Positions 57,310 through 64,000 of a stretch of 64,000 nucleotides of DNA are shown here, in pieces. The stretch is taken from assembly GCA_009758405.1 (NCBI GenBank), contig WSBC01000004.1, positions 114,634 through 178,633 of the forward strand, read 5' to 3'. Below the pieces are notes generated by a model. That model had not been told where the DNA came from. It saw nothing but the letters and a program-made list of their open reading frames with translations, and ran no database searches. Position numbers and translations under genes: made by a program. Origin of the DNA: Methanobacteriota archaeon (GTDB lineage: Archaea > Thermoplasmatota > Thermoplasmata > Thermoplasmatales > ARK-15). Every line of letters begins with the position of its first letter. Position 1 is the stretch's first letter.

Positions 57310-57611
57310 ATGATTTTCCAACACCTATAGCAACAGTACCAAGTACTGGTAATAAAACTGGAGGATGGAGAACCTTCAGGCCTGTAATACTTTATGATAA
57401 ATGCATTAGGTGCATGATTTGCTGGAAATTCTGTCCAGAGCCTGCAATAAAAATTGTTAGTGCAGAAAAATATACTGCAAAGAATGCAGCAATAGGTAAG
57501 CTTGATGCACCTGAAATAGATTACGACTATTGCAAAGGATGCGGTATATGTGCAAATGAATGTCCTGTAAAGTGTATAGAAATGGTTTTTGAGGAGAAAT
57601 TGGAGGAATGA
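57306..57611 (+). CDS. 2-oxoacid:ferredoxin oxidoreductase, delta subunit (cluster 2)
   Basis: 101 aa; CIRCMICWKFCPEPAI, CKGCGICANECPVKCI. Confidence 0.8.
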   Translation: MNDFPTPIATVPSTGNKTGGWRTFRPVILYDKCIRCMICWKFCPEPAIKIVSAEKYTAKNAAIGKLDAPEIDYDYCKGCGICANECPVKCIEMVFEEKLEE

Positions 57612-57615
57612 TTTT

Positions 57616-58794
57616 ATGATAAAAATGTTAACTGGAAATTATGCATCCGCATGGGGAGCAAAGCTTGCAAGGGCAAGGGTGGTGGCTGCTTATCCTATTA
57701 CCCCACAAACAACCATTGTTGAAAAGATTGCAGAATTTATTGCAAATGGTGAATTTGATGGAAAATATATAAGGGTGGAGAGCGAGCATTCTGCAATGGC
57801 TGCATGCATTGCAGCTGAAAATACAGGTGTAAGAACATTTACAGCAACATCCTCTCACGGTCTGGCATTAATGCATGAAATGCTTCACTGGGCTGCAGGT
57901 GCCAGGTTACCAATTGTAATGAGTGTTGTAAACAGGGCCCTGGGACCTCCATGGTCAATATGGAGCGATCAGCAGGATACTATTTCACAAAGAGATACAG
58001 GCTGGTTACAAATATACACAGAAAACAATCAGGAGGTCTTGGACAGCATAATCATGGCTTATAGAATAGCTGAGAATGAAAATGTTCTCTTACCTATAAT
58101 GGTGATAGAAGACGCATTCATACTTTCCCACACTATGGAGCCTGTTGATATACCTTCACAGGAACTTGTGGATAAATTCCTACCCGAATATGATCCTAAA
58201 TACAAGCTTGATCCTTCAAGCCCAATGGGTTTCGGATCTCTGGTTATGCCAGAGGGTCCCTTTATGGAGTACAAATTCAAAGGTCATGAGGCGATGAGAA
58301 GTGCATTGAAAATAATTGATGAAGTTGATTCACTATTTAAGGAGAATTTTGGGAGATCTTATGGGGGGAGTATAGACACTTACAGGATAGATGGTGCTGA
58401 TTATATTCTTGTTATAATGGGTAGCGTGGCCTCCACTGGAAAAGAGGTTGTTGATAAACTTAGGGAAAATGGGAAGAATGTTGGCCTCGTACGTATAAGA
58501 TCCTTTAGACCATTCCCGCATGAGAGGTTAAGGGAGATACTTAAAAATAGGAGAGCTGTTGGTATATTTGATAGAAGCTATACATTCGGATATGGCGGCG
58601 CTCTTTTCTCGGAGGTGAGAAATAGTCTTTATGGTCTTTCAATCCCAGTTAAGGGGTATATAGGAGGTCTAGGGGGCAGGGACATAACTTTAGATATTTT
58701 AGAAAAAATATTTAATGACATTATAAAAATAGGCAAGGAGGGACTTGATAGGGACTATGAATGGGTAGGATTAATTGGTGATAAGAGGTGGTGA
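57616..58794 (+). CDS. 2-oxoacid:ferredoxin oxidoreductase, alpha subunit (cluster 2)
   Basis: Start MIKMLTGNYA at 57616 (the track start at 57589 overlaps delta); AYPITPQT..ESEHSA..TATSSHGLALMHE. Confidence 0.85.
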   Translation: MIKMLTGNYASAWGAKLARARVVAAYPITPQTTIVEKIAEFIANGEFDGKYIRVESEHSAMAACIAAENTGVRTFTATSSHGLALMHEMLHWAAGARLPIVMSVVNRALGPPWSIWSDQQDTISQRDTGWLQIYTENNQEVLDSIIMAYRIAENENVLLPIMVIEDAFILSHTMEPVDIPSQELVDKFLPEYDPKYKLDPSSPMGFGSLVMPEGPFMEYKFKGHEAMRSALKIIDEVDSLFKENFGRSYGGSIDTYRIDGADYILVIMGSVASTGKEVVDKLRENGKNVGLVRIRSFRPFPHERLREILKNRRAVGIFDRSYTFGYGGALFSEVRNSLYGLSIPVKGYIGGLGGRDITLDILEKIFNDIIKIGKEGLDRDYEWVGLIGDKRW

Positions 58795-59708
58795 AATTGA
58801 AAAATTTAACAATACCGGAAGAAGAATACATGCTTCCAGGTCATACTGCGTGTCTTGGTTGTGGGGCCACTTTAGCAATGAGATATGCATTGAAGGCATT
58901 GGGTAAAAATACAATAATAACCATACCTGCCTGTTGCTGGGCAGTAATTCCAGGTGTTTATCCATCAAGGGCCCTTGAGGTGCCACTCCTTTATACTGCC
59001 TTTGAGGTTACTGGGGCAGCGGTGTCTGGAATAAGAGAGGCACTTTCCGCAAAGGGTATAGAGGATGTTAATGTTGTCGGATTTGCAGGTGATGGTGGTA
59101 CTGCAGACATTGGTATACAATCTCTTAGCGGTGCTGTTGAGAGAGGGGAGGACATATTTTACATAATGTATGATAATGAAGCGTATATGAATACAGGAAT
59201 ACAGAGATCATCATCCACACCAAAGGGTGCATGGACCACCACAACACAGGTGGGAAAAATAAGGGACTGGAAAAAGGAGAAGAAAAAGAATATGGTTGAA
59301 ATAATGGCAGCACATGGTATACCTTACACAGCAACAGCCTCGATTGCATTTCCAGAGGATTTCATTAAAAAACTGGAAAAGGGTAAAAAAATAAAGGGAC
59401 CTAAGTTCTACCAAGTGTTTTCAACATGTCCAACAGGATGGCTAGTATCACCAAATAAGAGTGTAGAAGTAGCCAGACTGGCCGTTGAATCAAAGATATT
59501 TCCATTGTATGAGGTAGAAAATGGTGTTTACAACATTACATATATGCCCAAAAAGGAAGTTAAGGTAAAGGATTATTTTGCCCTTCAGGGAAGATTCAGG
59601 CATCTCACTGAAGATGAGATAAGGGAAATTCAAAATGATGTGGATGAGGCATGGAGAATTTTAGTAGAAAAGGAAAAATGGTCCAAATCTCTAATGAAGG
59701 TGCAATAA
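58788..59708 (+). CDS. 2-oxoacid:ferredoxin oxidoreductase, beta subunit (cluster 2)
   Basis: 306 aa, GTG start; GHTACLGCGAT, GDGGTADIGIQSLSG, YDNEAYMNTGIQRSSSTP. Confidence 0.85.
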   Translation: MVKLKNLTIPEEEYMLPGHTACLGCGATLAMRYALKALGKNTIITIPACCWAVIPGVYPSRALEVPLLYTAFEVTGAAVSGIREALSAKGIEDVNVVGFAGDGGTADIGIQSLSGAVERGEDIFYIMYDNEAYMNTGIQRSSSTPKGAWTTTTQVGKIRDWKKEKKKNMVEIMAAHGIPYTATASIAFPEDFIKKLEKGKKIKGPKFYQVFSTCPTGWLVSPNKSVEVARLAVESKIFPLYEVENGVYNITYMPKKEVKVKDYFALQGRFRHLTEDEIREIQNDVDEAWRILVEKEKWSKSLMKVQ

Positions 59709-59710
59709 AA

Positions 59711-61576
59711 ATGAGTGTTTATGATGTTTTATTAAATGATTCAGGCAAATATTTTTTGCTTGGTAATGAAGCTATTGTTCGTGGTATGATTGAGGCGGGG
59801 GTGGGTTTTGCTGCAACATATCCTGGAACACCCTCAAGTGAGGTGGGGGATGTACTTTCTAGGATAGCAAAAAAGGCTGGAATTTATTTTGAGTATTCCA
59901 CCAACGAAATAGTTGCCCTTGAGGCTGTGGCTGCTGCTGCGGCATCAGGAGTAAGGTCATTTACTTTTATGAAGCATGTGGGTCTTAACGTGGCTGCGGA
60001 TGCATTCATGAGTGTTTCATATGCAGGTACAAACTCTGGACTTGTAATAATGAGTGGTGATGATCCCTCAATGTTTTCTTCACAGAACGAACAGGACAAT
60101 AGGCATTACGCAGAATTCGCCTATATGCCTCTTTTAGAGCCATCAAATCCTCAGGAGGCAAAGGATTTTCTGGTTTATGCATTCAAAATATCCGAAAAGT
60201 ATGGAACTCCGGTACTTTTCAGAACAACAACAAGGGTTAGTCATCTTAGAGGGATTGTTGAATATGGAAGTAAGGGGGAAATAAAGGCAAAGGGCCACTT
60301 TAATAAAAATTTCGAGAAATTTACACTTCTTCCTTCAAATGCATACAAGCAAAAGGGCAAACTCATTGAAAGGTATAATGCCTTAAAGGAAGAATCTGAT
60401 AGTTCGTATATAAATAGAGTTGAGGGAAAAGGCTCTGATATAGGTATTATTACATCTGGGGCTGCATACAATTCAGTAAAGGACGCAATAATAGAACTTG
60501 GCCTTGAAATTGATATACTTAAACTTGGTTTTACATTTCCAATTCCTGAAAAAAAGATTTCAGATTTCCTTAATTCACACAAGAGGGTGATTGTTGTTGA
60601 GGAACTAGATCCATACCTTGAAACAAAGGTAAGGAACGTTGCCCAGATATATGGAATAAATACTTCTATAAATGGAAAGATGGATGGCTTTTCTCCATGG
60701 AGTTATGAATTTAACCCCGACAGGGTAATGGAAATATTATCAAAAATCATTGGTATAGAAATTAAAAAGGATGATAAATATAGTGAAATAAAACTTCCTA
60801 GCAGACCGCCAGTTTTATGTCCCGGATGCCCACATAGAGCAACATTTTATGCAACAAAGCTTGTTTCAAAACAGCTAAGGCTTGAGGATCCAATATATCC
60901 TAACGATATTGGTTGCTATAGCCTGGGCTACCAAAAACCGTATCAGATGTCTGATTTTCTGCTTTGTATGGGATCCTCCATTGGTTCGGCAAGTGGCTTT
61001 TCACAAGCCACAGACCAGCCAGTAATCTCATTTATTGGCGATTCCACATTCTTCCATGCAGGAATACCAGGCCTGATAAATGCTGTACACAACAACCATA
61101 GGGTTGTTCTTATAATTCTAGATAATCGTACTACTGCAATGACAGGGCATCAACCAAATCCAGGTCTACCTTTTAATGCCTACAGGGAACCTGCTAAAGA
61201 GATATCAATAGAGGAAATTGTTAAGGGTATTGGCGTAAAATATGTAAGGACCGTTGATCCGTATGATTTGAAGGAAACCATGGTGGCCATAAGGGAGGCA
61301 GCAAATTCAGATGGAGTTTCTGTAATAATTGCAAAGAGAGAGTGCGCACTTTTAAGGGATGAAAGGATGAGAAGGGAGGGAAAATGGATAAGGTATCAGA
61401 TTAATCAGGAAAAATGCACAAAATGTATGAACTGTGTAAAGAATTTTACATGTCCTGCCATTTATGTGGATAGTGATGGTAGTGTCAAAATAGATCCTGT
61501 TTTATGCGATGGATGTGGTGTTTGTTCCACTAGCCTTGTTTGTGGATTCCATGCTATAGAGAGGGTGGAACAATGA
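59711..61576 (+). CDS. iorA: Indolepyruvate:ferredoxin oxidoreductase alpha subunit
   Basis: ~621 aa from ATG 59711; LLGNEAIVRG..YPGTPSSE, CPGCPHR, GDSTFFHAG, C-terminal ferredoxin motifs CTKCMNCV..CP and CDGCGVC. Confidence 0.88.
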   Translation: MSVYDVLLNDSGKYFLLGNEAIVRGMIEAGVGFAATYPGTPSSEVGDVLSRIAKKAGIYFEYSTNEIVALEAVAAAAASGVRSFTFMKHVGLNVAADAFMSVSYAGTNSGLVIMSGDDPSMFSSQNEQDNRHYAEFAYMPLLEPSNPQEAKDFLVYAFKISEKYGTPVLFRTTTRVSHLRGIVEYGSKGEIKAKGHFNKNFEKFTLLPSNAYKQKGKLIERYNALKEESDSSYINRVEGKGSDIGIITSGAAYNSVKDAIIELGLEIDILKLGFTFPIPEKKISDFLNSHKRVIVVEELDPYLETKVRNVAQIYGINTSINGKMDGFSPWSYEFNPDRVMEILSKIIGIEIKKDDKYSEIKLPSRPPVLCPGCPHRATFYATKLVSKQLRLEDPIYPNDIGCYSLGYQKPYQMSDFLLCMGSSIGSASGFSQATDQPVISFIGDSTFFHAGIPGLINAVHNNHRVVLIILDNRTTAMTGHQPNPGLPFNAYREPAKEISIEEIVKGIGVKYVRTVDPYDLKETMVAIREAANSDGVSVIIAKRECALLRDERMRREGKWIRYQINQEKCTKCMNCVKNFTCPAIYVDSDGSVKIDPVLCDGCGVCSTSLVCGFHAIERVEQ

Positions 61577-62175
61577 ATAATGTTAATATTTCACTTGTGG
61601 GCGTTGGTGGACAGGGGGTTGTTTCAACAGGTATTATACTAGGAAATACAGTTGCAAGGAAGGGTATAAACGTGGTAATGTCTGAAATACATGGTATGGC
61701 ACAGCGTGGTGGAATTGTAACTGTGGATCTAAGAATAGGAGATGTTTATGGGCCCATAATACCTGAAGGTAAGATAGATCTAATAATTGGCTTTGAGGCC
61801 TTGGAGACAATAAGGGCATTAAAAAGGGCTTCAAGGAAAACAAGAATAATAATGAACACTGAAAGAATTATACCATTTACTGTAAACATTGGGGATGAAA
61901 AATATCCAGACATCGAGGAAATAATAAAAAAATTTGATATAAGGAATATAATAGGCATTGATGCTGTCAATATTGCCAAACAAACAGGTAATTTGCAGTC
62001 TGTAAATATGGTCCTGCTTGGAGCTGCCTTTGCCACAGAACTTCTACCAATCGAAGAAAAAGACATTGAAGAATCTATAAAAATTCAATTCCCAGAATAC
62101 TCATGGGAATCCAATATAAAGGCATTTAGGATTGGAATGGATCAGTATAGAATTCTTACAAAAGCATATCTATAA
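61573..62175 (+). CDS. iorB: Indolepyruvate:ferredoxin oxidoreductase beta subunit
   Basis: ~200 aa from MNNVNISLVGVGGQG (ATGA overlap with the iorA stop); SEIHGMAQRGG. Confidence 0.85.
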   Translation: MNNVNISLVGVGGQGVVSTGIILGNTVARKGINVVMSEIHGMAQRGGIVTVDLRIGDVYGPIIPEGKIDLIIGFEALETIRALKRASRKTRIIMNTERIIPFTVNIGDEKYPDIEEIIKKFDIRNIIGIDAVNIAKQTGNLQSVNMVLLGAAFATELLPIEEKDIEESIKIQFPEYSWESNIKAFRIGMDQYRILTKAYL

Positions 62176-63124
62176 AGCTCTCTATTCTTATTTTTGTCCT
62201 TTCATCAAGCACTCCAGGCCTGTTTCCTTCTATTGTTAGAACCGGTATATCTATGCTATCCTTTATGATATAGTCTATTATCTGCCTATGGCAAAAGCTC
62301 TGGACATAATGAATTATTCCCTCTATTTTTCTTTTACCTATTTCATTTTTTATGTCCCTTAATCTATCCTGTACAGTATAGGGATATGTATATTCAAGAT
62401 ACTTATCTATCCAGTCCTTTTCAGGAAATGGCATAGAAAATTGTCTCTGTACCTCATTGAAAACAACATGCACACCATTTTTTTCCAAGAAGTTATAAAT
62501 ATCAGTAAATATGGGGGGTACACCAATGTAACCAATCCTAAGATTATATTCTATTTTATTTCTATTATTTGCTTCTTTAATAAAATTTTCTGCTTTTTTA
62601 ATATACACGCTTATGTCACCAAAAAAATCACTTGTATTAACAAGATAATAATGGTTTTCTAAACCACTTACAAGATCTTTTAAAGTAAGTTCGTCAATAA
62701 TCCATGCAAGCCTTCTAGCCTTATCAACAATATCTATTGTGTTCTTCATGTTATCTTCATTTGATTCAAGTAATTCTATGAATCTTTTTATTTCATCTTC
62801 TAATTTTTTCCTACTTTTATCATATGGAAAAGAAAAAGGAATTACCTTTATTCCTTTAAATGATAAAAAATCTAAAAGGGATTCGGTGTTGCTACAATCA
62901 CCCCTCACCACACCTATAACAGCATCAAATCCTTTATTTAAAGCAACAGAATAGAGACCTTTTATCCAGGAACAGGAATTATATGGAAATCCATCAACTT
63001 CTGCCTTTTCCACATAATATTCTGGATTTTCAGAAGTAATGAAAATATTGTTTAAATCAGTAGGTATGTGGTTGCCTGCGAATATGGGCTCAACAGGAAC
63101 CGTGGTAGTAAGACCGATTCTCAT
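62156..63124 (-). CDS. 2-hydroxyacyl-CoA dehydratase/benzoyl-CoA reductase (HgdB/BcrC-like, HGD-D family) protein
   Basis: ~322 aa from MRIGLTTTVPVEPIFAGNHIP (63124). ..NSCSWIKG..VRGDCSN..FCHRQ.. cysteine pattern. The track start at 63199 reads through IS-relic sequence. Confidence 0.6.
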   Translation of the reverse strand: MRIGLTTTVPVEPIFAGNHIPTDLNNIFITSENPEYYVEKAEVDGFPYNSCSWIKGLYSVALNKGFDAVIGVVRGDCSNTESLLDFLSFKGIKVIPFSFPYDKSRKKLEDEIKRFIELLESNEDNMKNTIDIVDKARRLAWIIDELTLKDLVSGLENHYYLVNTSDFFGDISVYIKKAENFIKEANNRNKIEYNLRIGYIGVPPIFTDIYNFLEKNGVHVVFNEVQRQFSMPFPEKDWIDKYLEYTYPYTVQDRLRDIKNEIGKRKIEGIIHYVQSFCHRQIIDYIIKDSIDIPVLTIEGNRPGVLDERTKIRIESFIDMLL

Positions 63125-63162
63125 TATAGATCCATAAATGATTCCAAATTTAAAGATGATGT

Positions 63163-63790
63163 TTAGGTTATGGTTTTTGTTAACCATGTTAACATCCACC
63201 TTTGGAAGTTATCATCCCTGTAAATTGGGATGCTTAAACTTCGTGGGTATAACCCTATAACCTCTATCCCGTCCGCAAATGGTTCAGGAATTGCCTTACT
63301 TATTATATTATATAAATCATTGAGATCCGCATGTATTAGTATTTTATTTTTTGACCTGAAAATGCCCTTTTTTATTCTTTTTCCCATTTACTCATCATGA
63401 TGTTCAATGCTTTCATTGTCAAGGAATGAACACTTGCTTGTATAATCTTCCTCTTGTATCATTACTTGTATGCCTGCCTCTTCTTCCTTGTATTTGATCT
63501 GATTTATCAATGTACAAAAAAATATTTGTACGAAGTTCTGGTCTCATGCTCCCCTGTGCTTCTAGATTAGCCTTAAATCCTTTGCAGTTTCAGTGCCTAT
63601 TGAAGACCCTGATTGGGTCCCAGCTGGACTGATCCTATAAATTCCTTTGCAGGTTAGTGATCAATCAGAATAGACTCATCTCACATTACAGGTCTGAAAA
63701 TCCAGTATCTTGATCTTGCCTTTACAGACCCTATCATTTTCAGGAGCAGAATAGCTAAAAATTAAAGAGAATCTTGGTAGCAAATTCGAA
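63163..63790 (-). pseudogene. tnpB: IS200/IS605-family tnpB relic (5'-truncated, several in-frame stops/frameshifts)
   Basis: Minus-strand fragments: ..RVCKGKIKILDFQTCNVR*.., ..IGTETAKDLRLI*KHRGA*DQNFVQIFFCTLINQIKYKEEEAGIQVMIQEEDYTSKCSFLDNESIEHHDE*MGKRIKKGIFRSKNKILIHADLNDLYNIISKAIPE..GIEVIGLYPRSLSI. They match the TnpB C-half pattern (NQNFVxIPF, EEAGIxV, YTSKxCSFLD, GKRxKRGLFRS, INADxNGAYNI). Confidence 0.75.
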
Positions 63791-64000
63791 AAAACGCAGA
63801 AGGAAAATAAATTTTAATTTAGGAGGGTTAAATCAGAATATCTGTACTCTTTTGATGTTTTATAAAAGAATGGAGGAGCGAAAGATATTAGTTATGATGT
63901 TAAAAATCAACAAGGTCATTATTTTTTATTTCCTATGCCTCCTTTTGAGGAGTATATATGTTAGTATTAGTACCCAGATTATACAGATTATAAGTATTGA

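Noticed and set aside
63880-64000. Partial plus-strand ORF at the right edge (MEERKILVMMLKINKVIIFYFLCLLLRSIYVSISTQIIQIISI...).
   Set aside because: Only ~40 codons are visible. It is hydrophobic and low-complexity, with no recognisable motif. It cannot be supported as a gene from this window alone.

Overview
The window reads as a low-GC archaeal chromosome segment. DNA polymerase D, Alba, an LX-PfdA-FtsY cluster, a Kae1-Bud32 fusion, an Sm/Csl4 exosome neighbourhood and Shine-Dalgarno-like GGAGG sites point to a euryarchaeon, possibly Thermoplasmata/DHVE2-like. That lineage call is low confidence. Most of the window is tightly packed housekeeping operons, many with 4-nt ATGA/GTGA overlaps:
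- NAD(P)HX repair (Nnr)
- an MptE-like kinase
- Alba
- SHMT
- FtsY, PfdA and ribosomal protein LX
- Pgk
- two paralogous four-subunit (gamma-delta-alpha-beta) 2-oxoacid:ferredoxin oxidoreductase clusters, plus IorAB
- AhcY
- a replication operon (acidic protein, RNase HII, SCP2, PolD large subunit, GPN GTPase)
- UDG
- aCPSF1
- proteasome beta subunit
- GdhA
- ScpB
- PurD
- Nep1
- an 11-subunit nuoABCDHIJ1J2KLMN operon without nuoEFG
- an Hsp20/wHTH/methyltransferase operon
- TrmI
- Toprim/Kae1-Bud32/HAM1
- SpeE
- tRNA-Phe(GAA)
- an exosome/Sm operon

Features the gene list does not explain:
1. A roughly 350-bp repeat bounded by terminal inverted repeats occurs in four intergenic copies. It is MITE-like, and every copy sits in a 5' region.
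2. A canonical C/D-box sRNA lies between nuoA and a small ORF. Its D guide matches the universally conserved 16S decoding-centre sequence.
3. An ORF of at least 862 codons is missing from the supplied track because it runs off the left edge. It looks like an IleRS-type synthetase with degenerate catalytic motifs and an added C-terminal HhH.
4. A decayed, 5'-truncated IS200/IS605 tnpB relic sits at the right edge.
5. An Sm / Zn-ribbon-coiled-coil-KaiC-like / THUMP gene string is translationally coupled.
6. A 97-aa protein next to nep1 has a C-terminal tail resembling the ribosomal P-stalk tail.

No CRISPR array, rRNA gene or recognisable defence island was seen. All calls come from reading the sequence and translations, and family motifs were recalled from memory. 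No database search was run.
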